Source: Cyclobacteriaceae bacterium (GTDB taxonomy: Bacteria > Bacteroidota > Bacteroidia > Cytophagales > Cyclobacteriaceae). Taken from it: 64,000 nt of DNA. The stretch covers positions 1,532-65,531 of the forward strand of contig JBKBOE010000001.1 of the NCBI GenBank assembly GCA_046294915.1. Direction: 5' to 3'. The first letter of the stretch is position 1; every line of letters starts with the position of its first letter. The position numbers were made by a program, and so were the translations under genes. Shown one piece after another: positions 46,196 to 55,494 of the stretch. The notes beneath the pieces are model-generated. The model was not told the origin of the DNA, did no database searches, and was given only the letters and a program-made list of their open reading frames with translations.

Positions 46196-47222
46196 GCTGA
46201 ATCGTAATTGAGCCAGGTTGCTTATCGATTAGTTTTCCGATTACCTTCAGCCCTGTTTCACGGGCAAACTCTTTTTCGAATTCACTTGCCTTTTCGGGCT
46301 GAACGCACACCAGCAGTCCTCCACTGGTTTGCGGGTCGCACAACGTTAGGAGCGATTCACTTCCAATACCGCTCACTTTCTGCTGATAACTCTGCCAGTT
46401 CCGCATGGTATTGTCGGGGTAAATCATCTTAGTTGTATAGTGAGCCAGGTTTTTAATGAGTGGAATTCTGGTATAATCAATCTCGGCTGACACTCTGCTG
46501 CCTTCGCACACTTCCAGCAGGTGACCTAATAACCCAAAACCGGTTACATCAGTCATGGCAGTAACCGCATCGTGTATGCCGAATATTTCACCTATGGTGT
46601 TGAGTTGGGTCATCAGGCGTATAGCTTCGTTAATATCCTCCGGTAAAGCCAGTCCGCGTTTTTGTGCGGTGGTTATAATTCCGGTTCCGAGCGGCTTAGT
46701 GAGGTAAAGAAGGTCGCCCGGCCGGCCGGTATTGTTCCGTTTCAGGTTTTTCTTTTTGACTGTTCCGGTTACAGCCAGTCCAAAAATCGGTTCCGGGCTG
46801 TCAATGCTGTGCCCACCGGCCAGTGGAATGCCAGCCTGTTGGCAGATGCTGCGGCTGCCCTGTAATACGGTTTGTGCTACCTCGACCGGAATTTTCTCAA
46901 CCGGCCATCCTAGAATTGCCAGTGCCATCAAGGGTGTTCCGCCCATGGCATAGACATCGCTCAACGCGTTGGCTGAAGCAATGGCACCAAACATGGAGGG
47001 ATCATCAACAATGGGCATGAAGAAATCGGTGGTGCTGATGATGCAGGTTCCATCGGTAAGTTCATATACTGCTGCATCGTCTTTGGTTTCAGTGCCCACC
47101 AGCAAGTGCGGAAAAACAGCGGGAGGTAAATCGGAGTGCAGAATTTTTTCAAGAGCAGCCGGAGCAATTTTGCACCCGCATCCGGCACCGTGCGAAAATT
47201 GCGTGAGTTTGATAGTGGTCAT
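46188..47222 (-). CDS. selD: selenide, water dikinase
   Basis: 344 aa with the N-terminal SHGAGCGCKI (Cys form, no in-frame TGA) and AIR-synthase-like domains. Confidence 0.95.
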   Translation of the reverse strand: MTTIKLTQFSHGAGCGCKIAPAALEKILHSDLPPAVFPHLLVGTETKDDAAVYELTDGTCIISTTDFFMPIVDDPSMFGAIASANALSDVYAMGGTPLMALAILGWPVEKIPVEVAQTVLQGSRSICQQAGIPLAGGHSIDSPEPIFGLAVTGTVKKKNLKRNNTGRPGDLLYLTKPLGTGIITTAQKRGLALPEDINEAIRLMTQLNTIGEIFGIHDAVTAMTDVTGFGLLGHLLEVCEGSRVSAEIDYTRIPLIKNLAHYTTKMIYPDNTMRNWQSYQQKVSGIGSESLLTLCDPQTSGGLLVCVQPEKASEFEKEFARETGLKVIGKLIDKQPGSITIQHG

Positions 47223-48223
47223 TGAAGGATATCGTTAACAATTTTACTTATTTGTTTTCCATCCCAATCGATTTGTTTGGTGATGCGTTGTTTTTTACGG
47301 GCCAGTCCGTTTTGGTAAGCTTTGTCGTAGTACGTCAGCAGGATATCAATAACCGGGGGCCAATCAGCCGCAAGTAGTTTTTCTTTTGCTGCTTTAAAAT
47401 GTTGCCCGCCCAGTTTATTAATGATGCTGTTCATGGCGGTAAGAAATTCCTGCGGGTTTAAATGGCCATATTCGTTTACCAGGCGGTTTACACGAATTTC
47501 TTTTTCTACCCGGATTTCTATAACCGGACTTTCCGTTAAGGTTTTCCATAGCCTCTGAGGAATAAAAATCTTACCAATGGCAATGGATTCATCTTCAATC
47601 CAGATTCGCTTCGTTACATCGAGTGTGTTAATCACTTCGAATAAGGTATTTTCAAACTGCTCGGTAGTAGGTTGCGGGGGCATCATTAAGCCGCCAAAAA
47701 CCGAACCTTTGTGGTGTGCCAGGCGCTCCAGGTCAATCACCTGTTCACCGGCTGCGGCCAGGGCCTGAAGAATTTCGGTTTTACCACTGCCGGTATAGCC
47801 GCCAATAACCCTAAGTTGAAGGGGTTGTTGAAAGGACTGATGTACCAGGTTGCGGTAGGCTTTATACCCACCTTTCAGTTGGCGTGTTTTAATACCGGCC
47901 ATTTCCGCAAACTGGCTGAAAAAGGATGAACGCATGCCTCCGCGCCAGCAGTGAACAATCATTTCGTGCTGCGTTGCGGTTTGTTGTGCCTGGTTGATGA
48001 TATCAATCAATCGGGGCCCCACCATCCGAAAGCCGGTTTTAACAGCTTCCTCCCGGCCCTTGTTTTTATAATCCGTGCCAACGGCTGCCCGTTCGGTGTT
48101 ATTAAGCAACGGAATGTTAACGGCACCCGGTATATGCCCGCGTTGAAATTCGCCTTCGGACCGAACATCAACTACAGGCAACGATTTTCGCAGTGAAAGA
48201 AATTCTTCCGGAGAAATGACCAC
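47219..48223 (-). CDS. selU: tRNA 2-selenouridine synthase
   Basis: 334 aa with a rhodanese domain (VHCWRGGMRS) and a P-loop-like GYTGSGKTE. It overlaps selD by 4 nt. Confidence 0.9.
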   Translation of the reverse strand: MVISPEEFLSLRKSLPVVDVRSEGEFQRGHIPGAVNIPLLNNTERAAVGTDYKNKGREEAVKTGFRMVGPRLIDIINQAQQTATQHEMIVHCWRGGMRSSFFSQFAEMAGIKTRQLKGGYKAYRNLVHQSFQQPLQLRVIGGYTGSGKTEILQALAAAGEQVIDLERLAHHKGSVFGGLMMPPQPTTEQFENTLFEVINTLDVTKRIWIEDESIAIGKIFIPQRLWKTLTESPVIEIRVEKEIRVNRLVNEYGHLNPQEFLTAMNSIINKLGGQHFKAAKEKLLAADWPPVIDILLTYYDKAYQNGLARKKQRITKQIDWDGKQISKIVNDILQ

Positions 48224-48266
48224 GCCATGAAGTTAGCACGATCAGGCCATCTGCCAAACATTGCCC

Positions 48267-50876
48267 CTAGTTGTCGGAAAACCGAACAGCAATGTTGGTG
48301 GAAATGCCAAAGCGGAAGCCATACGACTGGTATTTTCCATCCCGGAACGCAACCGCAGCTTCAAGCCGGAAAATCCGCAGGATGCCGTTGATGCTGTAAC
48401 CCAATTCAGCATAATTTTTTGAAGTGGGAGTTGCCAGGTAATTCACAAAAATGTTTTCGCGGATGCCCAGCATGCGCACCTCGTAAATGGATGAAACCAG
48501 GAAGCGCCTGAATTGGTAGTGCATGTTGGCATTGAAATATTTGTTGGCTGTGCTGTGTAAATAGTAATCGAGCAAGCGGAAACTGCCAATAGGGTCGGTA
48601 GTGGCAAACGGAGTACGGTTACCCAGAAAGTGTTTGTAATCCATAAAGGCCAGGCTGTCGGCATTCAGAAATATTCCTCCCCGCAAGGCCAGGTGCATAA
48701 TGCCGCGAACGCCAATGCCGAATGCATGCCGGCCGCCAATTTCAATTCGATCGAAATCGAGTTCGCTTTTCAGTCCGGAAATTCCCTTTTCATAATAGAG
48801 ATTGAATGATGGCGAAGAATCGTCAATTTCTGATTTTCTTCCATTTCGTATGCGGTACTTCAGCCACGGCCTTGCTGAAATACCGACCGATCCGATGAAG
48901 GCATAATGTTCAGTAAAGCTCGTATTGGGCAGCTCGAGGTTAACCGGTGCGTTGGGGGTGTATCCTTCTATCTTATTCCGATCAATCCATTTGTAATTGG
49001 TGTTATTAAAAAGTTCTCTGCGTTGTGCCCACGACCAGCCCGTCTCAACTGTGTATTTTGGCGAAAAGCGTTTTCGATAGAATAAGGAAATAAAATCACG
49101 CTCATAAATTTTCATCCAGTTCTGTTCCAGAAACAGGGTGGTGAATGTGTTGACAACCGGCAGAATGGGCTCATCAGAATTAAACTGCCTGATATAGCGG
49201 CCGCCTTCCAGTTCAAACCGGTAATTACGGTTGCGCATTTGAAACCGCAGGGTGCCACTGGCAGTTTCCCGGGCAAAGGCATACCGGAACGTTGGCTTGA
49301 TGTTGATGCGTGTACGATTGGTATCCTGCACCAGGATACCATAGTTCAACCGATAAATGAGGTTGAATCCTTCCACGGTATTAAACCAAACCTGTGGAAA
49401 CTCGATTTGAAGATTGGAGTGCTTTGAAATTTTGTAATAGTCACCTACCAGTAAATCCCAGGGCTGAAATCCTTTCTTGTTTTTCTTGGCCCGCCTGATG
49501 GTGTCACCCTCTTCCCGTTTTTTTTCTTCAATCGCAATGCTGTCGGTAATTTTGTATCCTTTCACTTCTTCCAGGGTTAGTGGTACCGGGCGGATAAGCG
49601 ACCAATAGCTGGAATCTTTTTTATAAGCCCCGCTGTCGACCTTAAATGTGGTATTGTACAGTACTTCGGGCTCTTTCTGTTCTTTTTTCTCTTCCTTCTC
49701 GTATTCTTTCAGGATGGTCTTCAACTCTTTGCGGGTAATTTCCTTACCGGAAGCCAGGCGTTCCTGCAGTTGCTGATTTTTCTGGCCGTACTGCTTTTCG
49801 ATTGCTTTTGCCTGTTCCTTGTGGAGTTTGTCATCAATTACCTCCATGGTTTCAACAACGAGTTCAGGGTTAAGGAGTATTTTATAATCGCTGACGGTAG
49901 CCAGGTAGGTATACTCGAATTCAAACCCAAAGAAACGCCCATCTACAACAAATTGCTGAGAAACAGGGAGCCAAGCTTTCTCATCAACAGGAGCATACAC
50001 TTGTTTAACCCCGATTTTAACCCCGAGCTTCGTAGTGATGATATCAAGGCTGTGGATACTCCACCAGTCTTCTACAATAAAAATGGTTCCTTCCACCACA
50101 TTATCACCCCTTACCCGAGGGGTAACCTTGATCCGGCTTATATCATAGCTCCGGTCTTTGAAGGTGCCCTGATATTCGAATTTGTAATAGCCAAAGGCAG
50201 CGGGTGAGAGTGGTGATACGGTTTCGGCTATGATGGGCTGATAAAAACTTCCGAAGATAAAGGCATTGGGAGAGGTGTTGTTGTCTTTGCCATCGCTGCG
50301 TATGGAAATTACTTTTTCAGAAAACGTGTTAGGCCGCCTGTATTGTATTTCACTTACCGATTCGGAGACAAACACCCGGTCTTTCTTAATGCCTTCTTTT
50401 TCTAACGCCTTTTTGGCCAGCCACGGATAATCCTTAAGCTTACCGGCTCCTTTGATGTACACGCGCGCAGAGAAACTGTCAATTTGCTGGGTATGGTACT
50501 TTGCTTTGGCAATGGCTTTGCGCATAATGGTGTAGGCGGGATCTTCATTGCCCGAAGAAATGGTTACCTGCTGCAGCACAATAATCTGCTGTTTCATCAC
50601 GATGTGTATTTCTTCGAACCTTTCGCTAACGGTTACGTTGCGCTCCTGGGTTTCATAGCCCAGGTATTGATACACCACATTGTATGTTCCTGCCGGCATG
50701 GTTAACTCGTAATAGCCGTTAACGTTTGTGGTGGTGCCGGTGCCCAGTTGCTTTACGTATATGGTGGCGTATGAAAGGATGGTTCCGTCATCTGCTTTGA
50801 TCGTTCCGCGAATTCCACCAGCTAATGCAGAGGTTTGAATTGCCAGGTAAAGAAGTACCGGGAAAGAAAACCTCAT
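48267..50876 (-). CDS. DUF5686-like protein with an N-terminal CarboxypepD_reg domain
   Basis: About 869 aa with a signal peptide and GIRGTIKADDGTILSYATIYV...GYYEL followed by a large beta-rich body. The start was taken at the second Met. Confidence 0.7.
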   Translation of the reverse strand: MRFSFPVLLYLAIQTSALAGGIRGTIKADDGTILSYATIYVKQLGTGTTTNVNGYYELTMPAGTYNVVYQYLGYETQERNVTVSERFEEIHIVMKQQIIVLQQVTISSGNEDPAYTIMRKAIAKAKYHTQQIDSFSARVYIKGAGKLKDYPWLAKKALEKEGIKKDRVFVSESVSEIQYRRPNTFSEKVISIRSDGKDNNTSPNAFIFGSFYQPIIAETVSPLSPAAFGYYKFEYQGTFKDRSYDISRIKVTPRVRGDNVVEGTIFIVEDWWSIHSLDIITTKLGVKIGVKQVYAPVDEKAWLPVSQQFVVDGRFFGFEFEYTYLATVSDYKILLNPELVVETMEVIDDKLHKEQAKAIEKQYGQKNQQLQERLASGKEITRKELKTILKEYEKEEKKEQKEPEVLYNTTFKVDSGAYKKDSSYWSLIRPVPLTLEEVKGYKITDSIAIEEKKREEGDTIRRAKKNKKGFQPWDLLVGDYYKISKHSNLQIEFPQVWFNTVEGFNLIYRLNYGILVQDTNRTRINIKPTFRYAFARETASGTLRFQMRNRNYRFELEGGRYIRQFNSDEPILPVVNTFTTLFLEQNWMKIYERDFISLFYRKRFSPKYTVETGWSWAQRRELFNNTNYKWIDRNKIEGYTPNAPVNLELPNTSFTEHYAFIGSVGISARPWLKYRIRNGRKSEIDDSSPSFNLYYEKGISGLKSELDFDRIEIGGRHAFGIGVRGIMHLALRGGIFLNADSLAFMDYKHFLGNRTPFATTDPIGSFRLLDYYLHSTANKYFNANMHYQFRRFLVSSIYEVRMLGIRENIFVNYLATPTSKNYAELGYSINGILRIFRLEAAVAFRDGKYQSYGFRFGISTNIAVRFSDN

Positions 50877-50941
50877 GGGAATTGCTGGCGTGGAGTGGAG
50901 GTTTCGCATACTGTAGAAGGTATTTCGCCTTGCCCCGTTGC

Positions 50942-51514
50942 TTACCGGTAAAAGTTTTTCGTCCGGATTATTTCTTCAACCGGGTCGGGAACAAGATAAC
51001 GGATGGATTGGCCTTTTCGGATGCAGTGGCGGATAAAAGTAGCGGAAATGTCGATCATGGGCGCGTCAACCAGTTTAACGTTGGGGTGACGTTTAAGTTC
51101 TGAATTTGTTACGTTGGGGCGGGGATAAACATAGAGTCCATAATCTTCAATAATTCGTTCATAGTTTTTCCAGCGGGTGAAGGTTTCCAGGTTGTCTTCA
51201 CCAATGATTACCCTGAACTGTTTATCGGGATGTTTTTCGGTGAGGTGTACCAGCGTATGGATGGTGTAATTTGGTTTAGGCAGATGAAATTCTACATCTG
51301 AAACCTCCAGTTTGTAATTATCGTAGGTAGCGGCCCGCACCATATCGTACCGGTCGAAATCATGCAACAAACCCTTACTTGGTTTTAACGGATTTTGTGG
51401 GGTTACGATGAACCAGACTTTCTTCAGGTCGGTGGTTTCGGCCATGATGTTGGCAATGATCATGTGGCCGGTATGAATGGGGTTGAAGGAGCCGAAGAAA
51501 AGGCCGATTTTCAT
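50942..51514 (-). CDS. nadD: nicotinate-nucleotide adenylyltransferase
   Basis: 190 aa with GLFFGSFNPIHTGH and ISATFIR. Confidence 0.93.
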   Translation of the reverse strand: MKIGLFFGSFNPIHTGHMIIANIMAETTDLKKVWFIVTPQNPLKPSKGLLHDFDRYDMVRAATYDNYKLEVSDVEFHLPKPNYTIHTLVHLTEKHPDKQFRVIIGEDNLETFTRWKNYERIIEDYGLYVYPRPNVTNSELKRHPNVKLVDAPMIDISATFIRHCIRKGQSIRYLVPDPVEEIIRTKNFYR

Positions 51515-51517
51515 GGG

Positions 51518-52090
51518 TTATCTTTTCTTGAATTCATCATATAGCCGTTGTGCTTCGGCCAACGATTTATCCAGGTTTTCATTCTCCAACACAACATCAA
51601 ACTTATCCTGAAACGTCATTTCAAACCGGGCCTTAAACAGGCGTTGCGACAGGCTGCCGTGCGATTCGGTGCCCCGGTTTTTCAGTCGCTCTTCGAGGAC
51701 AGCAAGCGATGGAACTTTTACAAACACGGCTAAGGCATTATCGCCAAAATATTTTTTCAGGTTTAATCCGCCTTTCACATCAACATCAAAAATAACCGTC
51801 TTGCCCTCGTTCCAGAGGCGCTCAATTTCTGATTTCAGCGTGCCGTAATAATTGCCTTCATACACTTCTTCCCACTCAATAAATTCATCGTTATCAATTT
51901 TCTTTTTGAATTCTTCGGGAGTAAGAAAGTAATAGTCTTTGCCATGTTGTTCAGAGCGCCCGCGCCTGTCGCGGGTGGAGGCCGAAATGGAAAACCCCAG
52001 GTCAGGATTGTTTTGCAGAAGGTGTTTTACAATAGTGGTCTTTCCGGAGCCGGAAGGTGCCGAGAAGATAAGTGCTTTGCCGGGCATCAA
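51518..52090 (-). CDS. gmk: guanylate kinase
   Basis: 190 aa with [16 protein letters not shown] and YYG. Confidence 0.95.
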   Translation of the reverse strand: MMPGKALIFSAPSGSGKTTIVKHLLQNNPDLGFSISASTRDRRGRSEQHGKDYYFLTPEEFKKKIDNDEFIEWEEVYEGNYYGTLKSEIERLWNEGKTVIFDVDVKGGLNLKKYFGDNALAVFVKVPSLAVLEERLKNRGTESHGSLSQRLFKARFEMTFQDKFDVVLENENLDKSLAEAQRLYDEFKKR

Positions 52091-52320
52091 TGCGGGGTAA
52101 TGGGGCTGATTTGATTTTTTATTTTTTCAACCAGGTCGGGTGGGGCGCCATTGCCGTTACATTTTGTTTTGAGCAAGGCTTTAATGGCCATTTCCAGTTC
52201 GTAGCCCTTGTAGCAGGGCATGCACTCTTCCATGTGTGCTTTAAACTGTTGTTGCTGTTCCGGGGTGGCATCGCCATCGAGGATTTTCTGAAGCATTTCT
52301 CGGCAGGTAGGTTTTGGCAT
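52087..52320 (-). CDS. soluble zinc-binding anti-sigma factor (ZAS, RsrA-like)
   Basis: 77 aa with no TM segment and an H-x3-C-x2-C motif (HMEECMPC), plus an upstream Cys (TCREML). It lies 4 nt downstream of the ECF sigma gene. Confidence 0.7.
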   Translation of the reverse strand: MPKPTCREMLQKILDGDATPEQQQQFKAHMEECMPCYKGYELEMAIKALLKTKCNGNGAPPDLVEKIKNQISPITPH

Positions 52321-52324
52321 ACGC

Positions 52325-52909
52325 TTAAGTGTTTTTGTAACCCATTTTGCTGGCGTAATCGGTTAGCTTTTCTTTGAGCAGGTTGCGTGCCCGGTGAAGG
52401 CGGCTGCGCACGGTTCCGATTGGAATATCAAGGATCTTGGCCATTTCATCGTATTTGAATCCTTCCAGATCGCACAGGATAATCACCGTTCTGAAATCCA
52501 CATCCAGTGAATTGAGCGCGTTAGAGATCTCATCACCAATCATATCCTGCAGCGCTTCCACACGCAAATCCGGTGTAATCTGCCGGTTTACCTCATCTGA
52601 ATTATAGTATGTTTCAACATCCTGGTAATCTACCTTCGAAGGCTCCTTGCTCTTCTTGCGGTAGTCGTTAATGAAACTGTTTTTTAAAATCCGAAACAGC
52701 CATGCCTTGGCATTAGTTCCGCGCTGAAAAGAATCAATGAAGCGAAAGGCCTTTAAATAGGTATCCTGAACCAGGTCACTGGCATCATCAACATCCAGCG
52801 TAAGCCGGTAGGCAAAGTTGTGCATGGAGTTAATATGGGGCATAAACTCGCTGTGGAAGATACTATGCTTCTCCGATTCGGTGTACTGCTGGTTGTTATT
52901 TTCTTCCAT
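52325..52909 (-). CDS. ECF-type RNA polymerase sigma-70 factor
   Basis: Region 2 (DLVQDTYLKAF) and region 4 (IPIGTVRSRLHRAR) are present. The start at MEENNN was chosen because the longer ORF would run through the upstream terminator. Confidence 0.9.
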   Translation of the reverse strand: MEENNNQQYTESEKHSIFHSEFMPHINSMHNFAYRLTLDVDDASDLVQDTYLKAFRFIDSFQRGTNAKAWLFRILKNSFINDYRKKSKEPSKVDYQDVETYYNSDEVNRQITPDLRVEALQDMIGDEISNALNSLDVDFRTVIILCDLEGFKYDEMAKILDIPIGTVRSRLHRARNLLKEKLTDYASKMGYKNT

Positions 52910-52915
52910 GAATTT

Positions 52916-52923
52916 CAAAAGTA
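52916..52923 (-). promoter_or_regulatory. putative -7 promoter box for the sigma operon (TACTTTTG on the minus strand)
   Basis: The reverse complement of caaaagta matches TAnnTTTG. It lies 6 nt upstream of the ATG at 52909. Confidence 0.4.
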
Positions 52924-52944
52924 GTAACTTCTTTAGATAAATTA

Positions 52945-52980
52945 TAAATAAAAAGTCGCTGCCCACGGGCAGCGACTTTG
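52945..52980 (-). terminator. rho-independent terminator after the vWA gene
   Basis: The minus strand reads AAAGTCGCTGCCC-GTG-GGCAGCGACTTT, a 13-bp perfect stem, followed by TTATTTATAAT. Confidence 0.65.
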
Positions 52981-52998
52981 ATTCTCGGTGCAGGACAA

Positions 52999-54846
52999 TT
53001 AATGTCGTGCAATCACTCCGTTTAAGGATTTTACCATGCGAATGAATTCTATCCGGTAACCTTCTTTGTCTGTACCCCTGGCGCTTTGCGCCAGTTGAAT
53101 CACATCATCGTACGTAAAGTTTTTGATGTATTCTGAATCGCGCAGCAGCATACCAAAGCCCGCTACAGCTGCCGACCACCTGAAGTTGTCGGTGGACTTT
53201 TCAAGGGCTACTGAAGAATCAACCAATGGATGCACAATTAATTTGCTCACCTCTTCATCCGGCTTTTTATACCGGAATTTCACCGTCATCAGTTCCTTTG
53301 ACTTTTGGGCCGAATGATCAAGCCTGGCGCTTTGATACTTCAGCGCATCGATTTTAAAGAACTCGCTTTCTACACCAACCGGTATAACTTCGTAAAGTGC
53401 CGTAACTGTATGGCCTGAGCCCAAATCGCCCGCATCTTTCTTATCGTTGTTGAAGTCTTCGTTCTTCAGCAAGCGGTTTTCATAACCAATCAGCCGGTAA
53501 GCCTGAACTTTTGCGGGGTTAAACTCAATTTGGAGTTTAACATCTTTGGCAATAGTGAACAGCGTGCCGCCAAATTCATTTACCAACACCTTTTTAGCTT
53601 CGGTAATTGTATCGATGTATGCGTAGTTGCCATTGCCCTTATTGGCGAGGGTTTCCATTTTTGAATCTTTGTAGTTGCCCATGCCAAAACCCAGCACGGT
53701 AAGGAATACACCGCTTTTCTTCTCCTCCTCAATTAACCGCTCCATGGCCGCATTGCTTGATTCGCCTACGTTAAAGTCGCCATCGGTGGCCAGGATAACC
53801 CGGTTGTTTCCGTCTTTTTTAAAGTACTTTCTGGCGGTGGCATAAGCCAATCGTAAGCCGGCACCGCCTGCGGTAGAGCCGCCAGCTTCAAGCCTTTCGA
53901 GCGCATCGATAATTCGTTTCTTATCAGCACCGGAGGTTGGCTCCAGCACCAGCCCGGCTGCACCGGCATATACTACAATAGCCACATGATCCTGATCGCG
54001 CAATTCATTGATGAGCATCTTGAACGATGATTTGAGTAACGGCAGTTTGTTCGGCTCATCCATCGAACCGGAAACATCAATAAGAAATACCAGGTTTGAC
54101 GGGGGCAGATTTTCGGTGGGTATACGTTTGCCCTGCAACCCGATATGCACCAACTTGTGGTTTCGGTTCCACGGTGCATCCGAAATTTCGGTGATGATGT
54201 TAAAGGGGTGTTCTCCTTTGGGTTGTTCATAATCATAGTCAAAGTAATTCACCAGTTCTTCAATACGCACGGCATCTTTGGGCGGGCGCTGGCCGTTGTT
54301 AATAAACCTGCGGGTGTTGGCATACGAGGCTGCATCGACATCAATGGAAAAGGTAGAAAGCGGATTGCGCAACGCATCATGAAAAATATTTTCATGAATG
54401 GCATCGTATTCTTCCGTATTCCATTGGGGCCGTTGGTGGTCGTTGAAATACGCTTGCTCATATTCGGCAGGAGTGCCCATGGTGTAGTCTTTCTTCAGCC
54501 GGCTCTTCGTGCTGTAGCCTGCTACCACAGCTTCGCTAAGTTGGGTAGCATCCATCAACATGGAGACATTGATAACGTTGGATGTTCCGATTTTTACCTC
54601 GCGTGTTGCTAACCCGATAAACGAAAAAACAAGGGTACCCCCAGATTGCGGAACAGAAATTGAGTATTTGCCTTCAGCATTTGTTACTGTTCCGATGTTT
54701 GTTCCTTTTAATAGAATATTTACACCAGGCAGGGGGCTGCCATCATCAGCCGAGATTACTTTACCGGTAATGGTTCGGTGATCGTGCACCCGAAATCCCA
54801 GCGCACTGAATACCAGGGCCGCCAGAACGATTAATTTTGTTTTCAT
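52999..54846 (-). CDS. von Willebrand factor type A domain protein with an N-terminal CarboxypepD_reg domain (YfbK-like)
   Basis: 615 aa with a signal peptide, GKVISADDGSPLPGVNILLKGT, the MIDAS motif FLIDVSGSM, and a C-terminal DUF3520-like region. Confidence 0.85.
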   Translation of the reverse strand: MKTKLIVLAALVFSALGFRVHDHRTITGKVISADDGSPLPGVNILLKGTNIGTVTNAEGKYSISVPQSGGTLVFSFIGLATREVKIGTSNVINVSMLMDATQLSEAVVAGYSTKSRLKKDYTMGTPAEYEQAYFNDHQRPQWNTEEYDAIHENIFHDALRNPLSTFSIDVDAASYANTRRFINNGQRPPKDAVRIEELVNYFDYDYEQPKGEHPFNIITEISDAPWNRNHKLVHIGLQGKRIPTENLPPSNLVFLIDVSGSMDEPNKLPLLKSSFKMLINELRDQDHVAIVVYAGAAGLVLEPTSGADKKRIIDALERLEAGGSTAGGAGLRLAYATARKYFKKDGNNRVILATDGDFNVGESSNAAMERLIEEEKKSGVFLTVLGFGMGNYKDSKMETLANKGNGNYAYIDTITEAKKVLVNEFGGTLFTIAKDVKLQIEFNPAKVQAYRLIGYENRLLKNEDFNNDKKDAGDLGSGHTVTALYEVIPVGVESEFFKIDALKYQSARLDHSAQKSKELMTVKFRYKKPDEEVSKLIVHPLVDSSVALEKSTDNFRWSAAVAGFGMLLRDSEYIKNFTYDDVIQLAQSARGTDKEGYRIEFIRMVKSLNGVIARH

Positions 54847-54930
54847 ACGAAATTGGTTTTGGTTACACGTCTGAGATGCCGCTATTCAACGGATTCCATA
54901 TGCAGCCGGAAAAAATTCTTATCTTAAAAA

Positions 54931-55494
54931 ATGCTTTTTACCCGCCCGTTGCCTGAGTTAACCGACCAGGATTTGGTTGCGATGTACCGCCTGAAGGGCG
55001 ATATGGCTGTATTGGGCGAATTGTACAAGCGCTATTCGGGGCTGGTGTATGGTGTTTGCCTGAAATACCTTAAAAACAAAGAAGATGCGCGCGATGCGGT
55101 GATGCAGATTTATGAAAAGCTAACGGTAAATCTGTTGAATCACGAGGTAACTTATTTTAAAAGCTGGCTATATGCCACCTCCCGCAATTACTGCCTGATG
55201 CAACTCCGAGCGCAAAAAGGAAAGCATGTTGAGGAATTATCGCCTTTTGTTATGGAATCCGGTGATTTTCCGCATCTGGAATCCGGAAGCGACCTGGAAG
55301 AAAATCTTGTTAAATTGGAGAAGTGCATAGAAAAGCTGGCAGCGGAACAACAACAGTGCATTCGCCTGTTCTTTTTAATGAAACGATGTTATGCTGAAAT
55401 AAGCACGGAAACCGGGTATGCGTTGAACCAGGTAAAAAGTTATATCCAGAACGGCAAGCGGAACCTGAAAATTTGTATGGAACGAAATGACTGA
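54931..55494 (+). CDS. ECF-type RNA polymerase sigma factor
   Basis: 187 aa with a region 2 (DARDAVMQIYEKL...) and a region 4 HTH (CYAEISTETGYALNQVKSYIQNGKRNL). Confidence 0.85.
   Translation: MLFTRPLPELTDQDLVAMYRLKGDMAVLGELYKRYSGLVYGVCLKYLKNKEDARDAVMQIYEKLTVNLLNHEVTYFKSWLYATSRNYCLMQLRAQKGKHVEELSPFVMESGDFPHLESGSDLEENLVKLEKCIEKLAAEQQQCIRLFFLMKRCYAEISTETGYALNQVKSYIQNGKRNLKICMERND

Noticed and set aside
46188-47222. Possible selenocysteine (in-frame TGA) in selD or neighbouring genes.
   Set aside because: The SelD active-site loop reads GAGCGCK with Cys. The ORF is uninterrupted, and no selA, selB or tRNA-Sec is seen in the window.
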